Notes: generated from the letters alone by a model not told the origin. A stretch of DNA of 64,000 nucleotides from Gemmatimonadota bacterium (GCA_039588295.1 JBDHAB010000018.1:1-64000), one strand, 5' to 3'; numbered from the stretch's first letter, positions 31,572 to 41,764 are shown. Numbers and translations are program-made.

Positions 31572-32719
31572 CACCTCAGTGGTCGCTGCACTGCTCGGCC
31601 TGTGCCACAACCGCTACCGCGGACGGGTTGCCCACGGTATGCCCGGATTGCGGTGCACCGTGGCTCGTTCGATACCAGACCCAGCCCGAGCCCGAGATCA
31701 AGCACCGGCTGGCGGACCGGCCGTGGACCATGTGGCGCTACCGCGAGTGGCTCCCGCTCACCGACGCGGATGAACCGGTCACGCTTGGAGAAGGCGGGAC
31801 GCCGCTCGTCCCGGTGCCTCGTCTCGCGCAGGCAGCGGGCGTACGAGCGCTCTGGATCAAGGACGAAGCCACCAACCCTACGGCCTCGTTCAAAGCGCGC
31901 GGCCTGTCTGCGGCCGTCACGCGGGCCCGTGCCGGCGGTGCACGGGCGTTGACCGCGCCCACCGCCGGCAATGCGGGGGTTGCACTCAGTGCCTACGGGC
32001 AGCGCGCGGGACTCCCCGTCCACGTGTTCGCTCCTAAAACCACACCACCCCGAATCCTCCAGCAGATTGAGATGTTCGGTGCGGACCTGCGTCTCGTGGA
32101 CGGGCACATTGGGGACTGCGGCAAGGCGGCACGCGCATACGCCGCGGAGCACGATGCGTTCGATGTTTCGACGCTGCGAGAACCGTACCGGATCGAGGGC
32201 AAGAAGACATTGGGACTCGAGGTCGCCGAGCAGCTCAACTGGACCCTTCCGGACGCCGTGGTCTACCCCACTGGGGGTGGGACGGGCCTGATCGGGATGT
32301 GGATCGCGTTCACGGACCTCCTGCGCGCCGGATGGGTGCAGGGCAGGGTCCCTCGGCTCTACAGTGTGCAATCGTCGGGCTGCGCCCCGGTCGTCCGCGC
32401 TTTCGAGGCCGGGAGCACCCAGACCGAACCGTGGGATGACCCATGGACCATCGCATCCGGCCTCCGCGTTCCCGCTCCCCTGGGCGGTCCCCTCATCCTT
32501 CGAGGCATCAACGAGACGGGAGGCGCCGCCGTCGCTGTGACGGACGAGGTGCTCAGTGCGGCCGAGCGGCGGATCGCGGCTACCGAGGGAATTGACGCAT
32601 GTCCCGAAGGCGGGGCGACCCTGGCAGCGTTGGAACACCTGCGTGCGACCGGTGAGGTGCAGGCCGACGAAGCGGTGGTGTTGTTCAACACTGGGGCGGG
32701 GTGGCTATACCGGACGTAG
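31568..32719 (+). CDS. thrC: Threonine synthase
   Basis: MWRYREWLP, TLGEGGTP, NPTASFKARG, YRIEGKKT, YPTGGGTG. Confidence 0.85.
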   Translation: MTPQWSLHCSACATTATADGLPTVCPDCGAPWLVRYQTQPEPEIKHRLADRPWTMWRYREWLPLTDADEPVTLGEGGTPLVPVPRLAQAAGVRALWIKDEATNPTASFKARGLSAAVTRARAGGARALTAPTAGNAGVALSAYGQRAGLPVHVFAPKTTPPRILQQIEMFGADLRLVDGHIGDCGKAARAYAAEHDAFDVSTLREPYRIEGKKTLGLEVAEQLNWTLPDAVVYPTGGGTGLIGMWIAFTDLLRAGWVQGRVPRLYSVQSSGCAPVVRAFEAGSTQTEPWDDPWTIASGLRVPAPLGGPLILRGINETGGAAVAVTDEVLSAAERRIAATEGIDACPEGGATLAALEHLRATGEVQADEAVVLFNTGAGWLYRT

Positions 32720-32752
32720 TGGTTGATAATTACAGGTTTGAGCCACGCTACG

Positions 32753-33964
32753 ATGCGAATCGCGATCCTCGATCCCGCCGCCGGAATCAGCGGTGACATG
32801 ACACTCGGCGCCCTGGTAGATGCGGGGCTCGAGGAATCGTGGCTCACAGGCCTACCGGCGAGAGTCGGGTTTCCCGAAGTCACCGTCGTGATCGACCGCG
32901 TGGACCGGGCCTCCGTCTCTGCCACGAAAGTAGATTTCGCGATCCCCCAATCGCGCGTGTCCGGTCACGGTCGAACGGTCGGGGATCTCATCGAGCTCGT
33001 GCGCGGGGCCGACGTCTCGGATTCCGTGAAGCACACGGCGGTTCGAGCCTTCGGGTTGCTTGGCGAGGCGGAAGGGCAGGTACACGGTGTGGCTCCGAAC
33101 AAGGTGCACCTCCACGAAGTCGGCGCCGTTGATGCCGTCCTCGATATCGTCGGAGCGGTCGAGGGCTTTGAGCGGCTCGGCGTGGACGCCGTGTACAATC
33201 TCCCCGTGGCACTGGGGACGGGTTGGGTGGAGGCGGCACACGGCCATCTACCAGTGCCGGCACCGGCGACGGCCCGGTTGTTGGAAGGTATGGACGTCAC
33301 AATCGGAGCTCCCGTGGAGGGAGAGGCAACCACACCGACCGGTGCCGTGCTGCTGCGCGTGCTGTCGCGGGGATCACCGCCGTCGCGCTGGCGCATGGTC
33401 GCGAGTGCGTGGGGTGCCGGGACACGCAACCCGGCGAGCTACCCGGGAGCACTCCGACTCATGCTCGCAGAGTCGGCGCATGAGGCGGGGGTCGTCGAAG
33501 TCGTCGCCACCGACATGGACGACATGCAGCCGGAGTACGTCGAGCCGTTGCGGACCGCGCTGCTCGACGCCGGCGCCGTGGACTGCCAAGCCTGGCCGAC
33601 GCACGGCAAGAAGGGGCGCGTGAGCATCCGTGTGGAGGCGCTCGTTCCGGCCGCAGCCGTCGAGCGCGTCATCACGGCGCTGTTTGTGCACGGCACGACT
33701 GGTGGAATTCGGCGCTGGCCGGCGACTCGGGCAACCCTTGCACGCAGCGAGCTGAAAGTGGAGCTTGAAGGCGCTTCCCGGGTACGAGTAAAGGCGTGGA
33801 AAACACCCACTGGAGTGCGTTTCAAAGCAGAGTATGACGACGTTGTAGCGGCGGCCGAACGCCTGGGACTCCCGGCACTCACGGTCGCGCGTGAGGCTGA
33901 GCAGCGCGCGGAGGCGATGCTGCGAGACAGTGGAACAGAGGTCGGGTATTCAATCGGTGAGTAA
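32753..33964 (+). CDS. larC: LarC family nickel insertase (nickel-pincer cofactor)
   Basis: GISGDMTLGALVD, AEGQVHG..VHLHEVGAVD, HGHLPVPAPAT, TPTG, KKGR, EYDD. Confidence 0.9.
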   Translation: MRIAILDPAAGISGDMTLGALVDAGLEESWLTGLPARVGFPEVTVVIDRVDRASVSATKVDFAIPQSRVSGHGRTVGDLIELVRGADVSDSVKHTAVRAFGLLGEAEGQVHGVAPNKVHLHEVGAVDAVLDIVGAVEGFERLGVDAVYNLPVALGTGWVEAAHGHLPVPAPATARLLEGMDVTIGAPVEGEATTPTGAVLLRVLSRGSPPSRWRMVASAWGAGTRNPASYPGALRLMLAESAHEAGVVEVVATDMDDMQPEYVEPLRTALLDAGAVDCQAWPTHGKKGRVSIRVEALVPAAAVERVITALFVHGTTGGIRRWPATRATLARSELKVELEGASRVRVKAWKTPTGVRFKAEYDDVVAAAERLGLPALTVAREAEQRAEAMLRDSGTEVGYSIGE

Positions 33965-33976
33965 AGGAGCGACGGA

Positions 33977-35374
33977 ATGAAGAACCTGGTGGCAGCGGCT
34001 GCGATCGCTGCGGCACTGACCGTTCCAGCATCGGAAGCGGTGGGGCAGGGTGGGTACCGCGAGCCGAATTGCGACATCAAGAAGGGCCACTTCCTCGTCA
34101 ACAGCGCGGTGGTCTACATCAAAGGAGCGAGCGAAGAGGGCGATCCCGTGAAGCGACAATCGATGTTGAATAACGCGGAGCGGAACCTGCATGACGCGCT
34201 CGATCGCGGGCAGGAGGAGAACCCGGGCGTGTGGTACTTCCTGGGACGATACTACGTGATGACGCGAGATCTCATCGGCGCCGATTCCGCGTTCGATCGG
34301 GCGGCAGAGCTCGAGCCGCGATGTGCGGAGGACATCCTGTACTATCGGCAGGTCCTGTGGGTACCGACGATCAATCAGGCAATCGACTCGATGCGCACCG
34401 GAAGGCTCGAGGGGGCGAAGTCGATCCTGAGCCAAGCCAACCGCATCTACCCGGATGACAGTCGGGCCGCGTTCTACCTTGCCCGGATCTTCGGCAACGA
34501 GGGCGAGTTGGACAGCGCCGTCCACTACTTCAAGGCGGTGGTGGAATCGGGGGATGCCGACTCGAGCCGGGCGCAGGATTACGAGACGTCCGTGTTCAAC
34601 CTCGGCTTGATCTATGGGATGATGCAGCAATGGGACTCTTCGGCAACGTGGTATGCGCGCTACCGCGACCAGATCGACGCGAATGACCCCCAGGCACTGA
34701 TGGGACTGGCTCAAGCGCTCTCGGAAGCCGGCGAAGCCGAGCGGGCCCTGGTCCTCTACGACAGCGTGATGATGCTCGCCGAGCAGATGGATCCCCTGGA
34801 CCTGTTTCGTACTGGTGAGATCCTGTTTCGCGCCGAGCGCTTCACCGATGCCGCGGAAGCGTTCGAGCTCGGCCTGAAAGGCAATCCGTTCTTCCGGCCG
34901 GGCCTCTACAACTTGGCCAACGCATACCTCGCGATACACAACGACGTGGCCGAATCGGAACCTGAGAAGGAGGAAGCAGCACTCGCAATGGAAGCGGCGG
35001 CACTGCGCCTCGTTGAAGTCGATCCGCAGAATGTCGAGTCGCTGAACTTGCTCGCTGCATCGTACCAGCTACAGCGGAAGGATGATTCCACACTTGCCGT
35101 TCTCGAGCGCCGCGAGGCATTGACCTTCGAGGTGCAAATCGACCAGCAGCAAACGGTGGAGGGAGGCTATTCGGTTCAGGGACGGCTGGTGAACCCCAAA
35201 GAGGAGGAAGTCGCTGCTCCCGCCGTGATGTTCGAGTTCCTCGACGCGCAGGGTAACGTCATCATGACGAGCTCTGTGCAGCCGATGACACTCGCCGCGA
35301 ATGGCTCGTCTCCGTTCACGCTGAACGGTGTTGGAGAGGAAATCGTCGCCGCCCGCTACACCGTCCAGCAGTAA
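33977..35374 (+). CDS. Exported TPR protein with C-terminal FxLYD-like Ig domain (paralog 1)
   Basis: AAGGAG RBS, signal peptide, TPR helices, FEFLDAQGNV tail. Confidence 0.8.
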   Translation: MKNLVAAAAIAAALTVPASEAVGQGGYREPNCDIKKGHFLVNSAVVYIKGASEEGDPVKRQSMLNNAERNLHDALDRGQEENPGVWYFLGRYYVMTRDLIGADSAFDRAAELEPRCAEDILYYRQVLWVPTINQAIDSMRTGRLEGAKSILSQANRIYPDDSRAAFYLARIFGNEGELDSAVHYFKAVVESGDADSSRAQDYETSVFNLGLIYGMMQQWDSSATWYARYRDQIDANDPQALMGLAQALSEAGEAERALVLYDSVMMLAEQMDPLDLFRTGEILFRAERFTDAAEAFELGLKGNPFFRPGLYNLANAYLAIHNDVAESEPEKEEAALAMEAAALRLVEVDPQNVESLNLLAASYQLQRKDDSTLAVLERREALTFEVQIDQQQTVEGGYSVQGRLVNPKEEEVAAPAVMFEFLDAQGNVIMTSSVQPMTLAANGSSPFTLNGVGEEIVAARYTVQQ

Positions 35375-35394
35375 CAAGCGGCATTCGTCAACGC

Positions 35395-35425
35395 CAAGCC
35401 CTTGCGCCGTTCGCGCAGGGGCTTG
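35395..35425. terminator. Hairpin between convergent genes
   Basis: CAAGCCCTTGCGC/GCGCAGGGGCTTG 13-bp stem with one G-U pair. Confidence 0.55.
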
Positions 35426-35462
35426 TGCGTGCCCGTCAGCTGAATTCCCTCGCCGCGTTCTG

Positions 35463-35711
35463 CTACCGTCCGATACTCGGCGTTCGGTCCCTGATTTCCG
35501 TGAGGGTGTCGTGTATTCGGAACAGGAGGATCAAGAGTTCGCAATAGATGCGGACGACGAGGGGCCCGATCAATAGGATCATGAGGCCTGCAAAGAAGGA
35601 CTGCCCCATCGCCCCGAATCCCGTGATCACGCAGGCGACTACGCCAACCCAGAAAATGATCTGGATAATCATGGGGGTGATCATCTTCCGAAACGCCAAG
35701 AACTCGTCCAC
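35463..35711 (-). CDS. DUF4282 family small membrane protein
   Basis: FLAFRKMITPMIIQIIFW...RIYCELLILLFRI; GAAGGAGG RBS. Confidence 0.88.
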   Translation of the reverse strand: MDEFLAFRKMITPMIIQIIFWVGVVACVITGFGAMGQSFFAGLMILLIGPLVVRIYCELLILLFRIHDTLTEIRDRTPSIGR

Positions 35712-35947
35712 GGTGCCTCCTTCAGCGATCGAGAGGACCGCCGATTGATGAAACTGATTCCACGGCTTCCTTGAACGTCACCTGCGTGACGGGCCGCGCA
35801 GCATAACGAGGCGCCCAAGCTGCAGACTCGAAACCGGACGCGCAACCACCAGGCTGGCGCGGGGCAGCCAAACACGAGCTCTCGACCGAGACCGCCTCGG
35901 CGGTCTCGACCACGTACGTTGTGATGCACGAGCGTCGGCTAACTGTC

Positions 35948-35976
35948 TTGACGACCACGCTTTGCAGGGCGAGATT
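35948..35976 (+). promoter_or_regulatory. Probable promoter of tRNA-Gly
   Basis: TTGACG-17 bp-GAGATT 12 bp upstream of the tRNA. Confidence 0.4.
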
Positions 35977-35988
35977 GACATACCTTTT

Positions 35989-36060
<72 letters not shown>

Positions 36061-36172
36061 CTCGTTTCGGTCGCGAGCCACTCGGGCATTTTCCGGGGCC
36101 CGCATGCGCCGATTCGTCGGAAATCCAGCAGTGGAGAACAACCCTCCGCTACCGCTTCTTCCGGGAGCATTC

Positions 36173-36640
36173 GTGACCGAACAGCCGACCTGTGAGCGGT
36201 GCCAAACAGCGCTCGTCGACGGAGCGCGCTACTGCCACGCATGCGGCGTCGAGGTGACCGCCGCGTTCTCCGGCGAGTATCAGCTCTACGATGTTGGGCG
36301 GTTCTTCACGTACGCCGTCGATATGCTCTGCATCGCCGGTATGGACGGCTACTTCAAGCGGGTCAACCCAGCCTTCGAACGCGTGCTCGGATACACGACG
36401 AAAGAACTGCTGTCGATGCCGTTCGTCGAGTTCATCCATCCGTACGATCGCACCGAAACGGTTGCGGAAGTGGGCAAGCTCACGAGCGGAGCGCCAACGC
36501 TGGCGTTCCGGAACCGGTATCGCTGCAAGGACGGGGCGTACAAGCAGCTCCAATGGACCGCGTTCCCGGAGTCCGGTGCGGGGCTCATCTACGCGATCGC
36601 CCGCGTCATCGAGGGAGCAGACGCCGAACCCACGGCGTAG
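36173..36640 (+). CDS. Zinc-ribbon plus single PAS domain protein
   Basis: CERC...YCHACG; DGYFKRVNPAFERVLGY, FIHPYD, NRYRCKDG; GTG start after GGGAG. Confidence 0.8.
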   Translation: MTEQPTCERCQTALVDGARYCHACGVEVTAAFSGEYQLYDVGRFFTYAVDMLCIAGMDGYFKRVNPAFERVLGYTTKELLSMPFVEFIHPYDRTETVAEVGKLTSGAPTLAFRNRYRCKDGAYKQLQWTAFPESGAGLIYAIARVIEGADAEPTA

Positions 36641-36754
36641 GGCTCCCCAGTCGCCACACCGCCGCGCCACCCCGGCTGGGTTTGCCGAGGCGAGATCGAG
36701 GCATTATCTCTCACCAATCGGGGAACAGTGGAACGCCCGCAAGGGAGAACCGTC

Positions 36755-38380
36755 ATGTGCACGCACCGGATGCTCCTCGCGTCAGTACTCGCTACTCTTG
36801 GACTCGCCGCAACAACCCCCCCGCTCCACGCGCAGGAAGAGTGGGTTACCCCTGAAGATCCGTGCAAGATCAAGGCTGGACACCACCTCGTGAACGGCGC
36901 CATGCAGCATCTGAAACTCGCGGTGGAGGCACGGGATGAGGACCAACGCGAAGATCGATTGCGGCGCGCCCACGAAGTGCTCACACGCGCAATCGTGGAA
37001 AACCGCCAATCGGACAACCCCGGCGCGTGGTACTACCTCGGCCGCTACTTCATGTACAAGCGAGATCCGATCGGAGCGGACTCAGCCTTCCGCAACGCGC
37101 TCGAGCTGGCCCCGGAGTGCGCAGATGATATTCGGTCATACGTGGGGCGCCTTCAGCCAGACGTCCGCTCGGCGGCGCTGCGCAACTGGCAGGAGGGCCG
37201 CCTCGACTCCGCTACAATGCTGTTTCACCTCGCACGGTCGCTCGGACCGGACGACGCCGAAGTGCCGTTCTTCATGGCAATGATGTACACGGCCGAGAAG
37301 CAGTTCGACTCCGCGTCGAAATACGTCGGCGTCGGAGTGGAGCTGGCCGGGGGCGATCCGGCGCTCGAGCAACGGCAGCGTCAGGCGATGCTCGACCTCG
37401 TCCGGGGGCGCGAGGCTGAAGCCTTCGAGGAGCCCGCGGTGGGGCAGTTGATGCAGTCACGCGTGCGAAGGGATTCCCTCGGCAAGGCGATCCGGGAAGA
37501 CTCCGTACGGCTGGCCAAGCTCAATGCCGAGTGGGCGGGGAAGCGGCTCAGACCGAACGTGCGACAGGCCGTCCAGCGCGACTCGACGATGCTGGCGGAT
37601 CGGATCGCGGCCGCACGTGCCGCGCTACCGGCAGCACTCGAGGCGGCTGAGCGGGACAGCGCGGCAGCCACCGCGGCCTTTGCCCCGACGCTCCAGTCGT
37701 ATGAGGGCTTCTTGGAGCAGTACCCCGGCGACGGCGAGACCGCGCTGCGCCTCCTCCGACGATACTCCATGATGGGGCACACGACGTCCATGGACCGCAT
37801 GATCGATCGGCTGGCCGGCCTCGAGGATGTCGACGTCCCCTCCCTGACACAGGCAGGGGCGAGCATCTTCAATGACGGCTTCCCCCAACAAGCAGCCAAG
37901 CTGCTCGGTGTCTCCGCCGACCGGAACCCGCACTTCCAGAGCACACACGCCGCACGCGCACGCGTCTATTACGCGTTGGGAGACGCGGAGCAGCTCACCG
38001 ACGTCGCAAGACGGCTGATCGCGATCGACCCACTCAATCCGCAGAGCGTGCGCATGATGGCGGCGGCGTGGGATCTGGCGGGCAACACCGACTCCGTACG
38101 GAAGTACGTTGCCCTCGCGGACTCCGGAATCGGATGGGGCGTCACGGTCACCCAATTCGCTCCAACGGCCTCAGGAGCACTGGTTAACGGCTCGGTCGCG
38201 AATATGACTCCGCGTCAACTTGGTCCCACAACGCTCCAATTCGAATTCCTCGACGATCAGGGCAACGTACTGGCCACGGTTCCGGCCGATATCCCGGCAC
38301 TGGAGCCTCGGCGTCGCCACGCGCTGTCGGTGCGGACCGACGTCGGGGGCGTGGCCGCCTGGCGGTATCGTCGACCGTAG
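36755..38380 (+). CDS. Exported TPR protein with C-terminal FxLYD-like Ig domain (paralog 2)
   Basis: Signal peptide, TPR helices, FEFLDDQGNV tail; visibly homologous to 33977-35374. Confidence 0.8.
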   Translation: MCTHRMLLASVLATLGLAATTPPLHAQEEWVTPEDPCKIKAGHHLVNGAMQHLKLAVEARDEDQREDRLRRAHEVLTRAIVENRQSDNPGAWYYLGRYFMYKRDPIGADSAFRNALELAPECADDIRSYVGRLQPDVRSAALRNWQEGRLDSATMLFHLARSLGPDDAEVPFFMAMMYTAEKQFDSASKYVGVGVELAGGDPALEQRQRQAMLDLVRGREAEAFEEPAVGQLMQSRVRRDSLGKAIREDSVRLAKLNAEWAGKRLRPNVRQAVQRDSTMLADRIAAARAALPAALEAAERDSAAATAAFAPTLQSYEGFLEQYPGDGETALRLLRRYSMMGHTTSMDRMIDRLAGLEDVDVPSLTQAGASIFNDGFPQQAAKLLGVSADRNPHFQSTHAARARVYYALGDAEQLTDVARRLIAIDPLNPQSVRMMAAAWDLAGNTDSVRKYVALADSGIGWGVTVTQFAPTASGALVNGSVANMTPRQLGPTTLQFEFLDDQGNVLATVPADIPALEPRRRHALSVRTDVGGVAAWRYRRP

Positions 38381-38402
38381 CAGCCCACAGGACCGAACCC
38401 GT

Positions 38403-38433
38403 GCGGCGCGCCGCTGAGCGCGCCGCTTTTTTT
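38403..38433 (+). terminator. Rho-independent terminator
   Basis: GCGGCGCGC/GCGCGCCGC stem followed by T7. Confidence 0.85.
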
Positions 38434-38525
38434 CACGCTCCGCTCGCCGGCGATCCCCGTGTCGCCGATTATCTTTCTTCGTCCGTCGACCGGGCGGACA
38501 TGAGGAGATAACCGGTTCCCAGCCG

Positions 38526-39803
38526 ATGATCCGCGTTCAATCCGTCGCCTCAGGCTCGCTCGCTGCACACCTCGGCATCACGTCAGGGTTCGAGCTGCAC
38601 ACCATCGACGGACGCGAGCTGGAGGACTTTCTGGATTGGGAATTCCTCAGCGCCGACGAACACGTGCGCCTGCGCGGGAGCTCATCCGATGGCGAAGTCA
38701 TTGAGTTCGATGTGGAGCGGCCCGAGAACGTGCCATGGGGAATCGAGCTCGAACCACCCAGAATCCGCCGCTGTGCCAATCGCTGCGACTTCTGTTTTGT
38801 TGATGGGCTGCCTTCGGGACTTCGCGATACCCTGTACATTCGCGACGATGACTATCGGTTGTCGTTCCGGTACGGCAATTTCGCGACGCTCACCAACCTG
38901 AAGTCGAAGGATGTGAACCGGATCCTGGAGTATCGGCTGTCGCCACTGTATGTGTCCGTCCACGCGACCGATCCCGTCCTCCGACGCAGGCTGCTCCGCA
39001 ACCCGCGCGCGCCCGAGATCGTGCCGCAGCTGGCAGGGCTCGCGGCCGGGGGCATCCGGTTTCACACGCAGATCGTACTGCAGCCCGGAGTCAACGACGG
39101 CGCCGTGCTCGAGCGCAGCCTCGAGGATCTCTACGCGCTGGGACCTCCCGTCCTTTCAGTATCGGTCGTGCCAGTGGGTCTTACCGAGTACAGCAAGTAC
39201 GAGTTGGTGCGCGAACCGTACGCGGAAGAGTGCCGTGCCGCCCTGGATCTGGTCGAGCGCTTCGCCACGCGCGCACGGGCTGCGCGGGGATACCACTGGA
39301 TCTATGGCTCGGACGATCTCTATCTCGGCGCAGGCGTGCCGCTACCTCCGGCCCAGCGCTACGACGGTTTCGAGCAAGCGGAGAATGGGGTGGGCAGTGT
39401 ACGGTTTCTGCAGGAACGGATCCGAGAAGCCCACGCGGGCCACCGCACACTGGCGGGCCGGCGGATCGGTGTCGTCACTGGAACGGCGATGGGTCGGGTC
39501 ATGCCGGACGTCCTGCGCACGCTGCAGCACGCCGTAGGCGGGCAGTTCGAACTCGTGATCGTCGAGAACGATCTCTTCGGACCGACGGTCACGTCCGCCG
39601 GGCTGTTACCGGGAAGATCCATCCAACGCGCGCTGGAGCATCGTGAGGCGCTCGATCTGGTGCTCCTTCCAGCCGAGGCGGTCAACGATCGCGGGCTGTT
39701 TCTCGATGACCTGACGGTCGACACCGTGGCACAGTCTGCACCGGCACCGCTTCACCTCTCCTTCGATTTCGCCGACGTGCTCATCGAGGGGGGTCTGCGG
39801 TGA
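38526..39803 (+). CDS. DUF512 PDZ-like / radical SAM-type protein
   Basis: N-terminal PDZ-like segment, CANRCDFC, YIRDDDYRLSFRYGNFATLTN, SPLYVSVH, ENGVG. Confidence 0.9.
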   Translation: MIRVQSVASGSLAAHLGITSGFELHTIDGRELEDFLDWEFLSADEHVRLRGSSSDGEVIEFDVERPENVPWGIELEPPRIRRCANRCDFCFVDGLPSGLRDTLYIRDDDYRLSFRYGNFATLTNLKSKDVNRILEYRLSPLYVSVHATDPVLRRRLLRNPRAPEIVPQLAGLAAGGIRFHTQIVLQPGVNDGAVLERSLEDLYALGPPVLSVSVVPVGLTEYSKYELVREPYAEECRAALDLVERFATRARAARGYHWIYGSDDLYLGAGVPLPPAQRYDGFEQAENGVGSVRFLQERIREAHAGHRTLAGRRIGVVTGTAMGRVMPDVLRTLQHAVGGQFELVIVENDLFGPTVTSAGLLPGRSIQRALEHREALDLVLLPAEAVNDRGLFLDDLTVDTVAQSAPAPLHLSFDFADVLIEGGLR

Positions 39804-41122
39804 GGGGCGCGACCGTAGCGATCGTGGGGCGCCCCAACGTCGGCAAGTCGACGCTGTTCAATCGCATCGTTGGGGGACGCGTAGCCATCGTCGATGACCG
39901 CCCCGGGGTGACCCGCGATCGCAATTTCGCAACCACCGACTGGGCCGGGCGGCACTTCTGGCTGGTCGACACCGGCGGCTGGAGTACCGGGACCGAGGAC
40001 GTGCTGCACAGCGGCATCCGCCGGCAGATCCAGGCGGCCATCGATCAATCGGACGTGATCGTGCTCGTCGTGGATACGGCAGTCGGCGTGCATCCGGGAG
40101 ATCTCGACGTGGCAGCCCTGTTGCGCCCCTGCGCTGCGCGCGTTGTCGTCGCGGCAAATAAGGCGGACGACCTTCCAGACGACACGTCCCATCATGCGTT
40201 TCACGAACTCGGGCTGGGAGACCCACTGCCGGTGTCCGCCGCCATCGGGAAGGGGAGCGGCGATCTGATGGACCGCATTGTGGCCCTGTTGCCCCCGGAA
40301 CAGGACGACACGCCACCCGGCGCCATTCAGGTCGCGGTGATCGGCCGTCCCAATGTCGGGAAGTCCAGCCTCGTGAACCGCCTGCTGGGTGAGGAGCGGG
40401 CGCTGGTCGCTCCGGAGTCCGGCACCACACGAGATGCGGTGGACTCCCCCTTGCGGTACCGCGGAACTACGCTCAACTTCATTGATACAGCGGGGTTACG
40501 GAAGCGATCGAAAGTAGAGGATGAGATCGAGTTCTACTCGACACTACGGACCGAGCGAGCCATTGAACGCGCGGACGTCTGTGTGGTCGTGGTGGACGCT
40601 ACGGAGGGGGTAAGCGTCCAGGACCTGAAGATCGCACAGATGGCATGGCAGCGGGGACGTGGACTGATCGTTGCCGTCACCAAGTGGGATTTGGTGCATG
40701 ACAAGGAAACCACTACTGCGACCCGGGGTGAACGATCGGTTACCGAAGGTGTTCCGTTCCTCAGAGCGGTTCCGTTCCTGTACGTGTCGGCTCGAACGGG
40801 CCAGCGTGCCCGAAAAGTGCTCGACACGATTCTGCAGGTGGCCGCTGAGCGCGAGCGTCGCGTGTCCACCGCCGAAGTGAATCGCGTGTTGCGGGACCTG
40901 GTGCAACGCACGCAGCCGCCGCAAGAAGCCGGAAGGGAGGTCAAACTGCTCTACGCGTCCCAGATTGGGATCACCCCACCGACGATCGCGGTCGTATCCA
41001 ACCGACCCGAGTCGATTCCAGTTTCGTACCAGCGGTACCTGGAGCACGGGTTCCGTGAGGCGTGGGGCTTCGTCGGCTCACCGCTGGTGATCAAGCTCAG
41101 ACTGAAGCGGCCCGGCCGATGA
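39800..41122 (+). CDS. der: Ribosome biogenesis GTPase Der (EngA)
   Basis: Two G domains (GRPNVGKS twice, GVTRD, GTTRD, DTAG) and KH-like C-terminus. Confidence 0.97.
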   Translation: MRGATVAIVGRPNVGKSTLFNRIVGGRVAIVDDRPGVTRDRNFATTDWAGRHFWLVDTGGWSTGTEDVLHSGIRRQIQAAIDQSDVIVLVVDTAVGVHPGDLDVAALLRPCAARVVVAANKADDLPDDTSHHAFHELGLGDPLPVSAAIGKGSGDLMDRIVALLPPEQDDTPPGAIQVAVIGRPNVGKSSLVNRLLGEERALVAPESGTTRDAVDSPLRYRGTTLNFIDTAGLRKRSKVEDEIEFYSTLRTERAIERADVCVVVVDATEGVSVQDLKIAQMAWQRGRGLIVAVTKWDLVHDKETTTATRGERSVTEGVPFLRAVPFLYVSARTGQRARKVLDTILQVAAERERRVSTAEVNRVLRDLVQRTQPPQEAGREVKLLYASQIGITPPTIAVVSNRPESIPVSYQRYLEHGFREAWGFVGSPLVIKLRLKRPGR

Positions 41123-41762
41123 GCCTGGCGCTTTGGCTCGTGCTAGCATACCTGGTAGGGTCCATCCCGACCAGCTACCTGGCGGGTCGGGTGGCCGGTC
41201 TCGACCTCCGGCACCACGGGAGTAAGAATCTCGGTGCCACGAACGTGTACCGGGTGCTAGGGTGGAGATACGCGGTACCGGTCGGGGTGGTAGACGTCGC
41301 CAAGGGCGCGGTGCGGTGGTAGACGTCGCCAAGGGCGCGGTGCCAGTCGCGCTCGCAGCCTCCGGGGCCGCCAGCCGTTGGTGGATACCGCTCCTGATCG
41401 GCTGCGCCGCCGTGCTCGGACACGTGTTCTCGATGTTTCTCCGCTTTCGCGGCGGGAAGGGAGTGGCCACCGCCGCCGGCGTCGTGCTCGCGCTCGCCCC
41501 CGCCGCATTGGGCGTCAGCGCCCTCGTGTGGATTCTCGTGCTGCTGGCAACTGGATTCGTGTCACTGGCCTCGATCCTCGGCGCCGTGACCTTCCCGATC
41601 GCCGTTCACCTTCTGTTGCCGGAGCGTCCGTTCATTCTGTGGGTCGGTGTCGCCCTCGCGGTGTTCATCATCTACACCCACCGAAGCAACATCGGCCGTT
41701 TGCTGTCCGGTACGGAGAACCGCTTCGGTCGCCGCGCCAAGATGGCCGGGAAGGACGCCTAG
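41119..41762 (+). pseudogene. plsY: Glycerol-3-phosphate acyltransferase PlsY, frameshifted as assembled by a 29-bp tandem duplication
   Basis: YLVGSIP, GSKNLGATNVYR, DVAKG in frame 1; GHVFS..FRGGKGVAT and HRSNIGRL in frame 2; removing one copy gives an intact 204-aa ORF. Confidence 0.9.
41286..41343 (+). repeat. Exact 29-bp tandem duplication GGTGGTAGACGTCGCCAAGGGCGCGGTGC x2
   Basis: Copies at 41286-41314 and 41315-41343. Confidence 0.97.
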
Positions 41763-41764
41763 CG

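Noticed and set aside
7694..32638. Long antisense or alternate-frame ORFs (e.g. 7694-8941, 11173-12495, 22301-23857, 28127-29542, 31367-32638)
   Set aside because: Shadow ORFs of GC-rich genes with no recognisable motifs, opposite well-supported genes
41286..41343. 29-bp direct repeat as a CRISPR array
   Set aside because: Two abutting copies with no spacer, inside plsY coding sequence, and no cas genes
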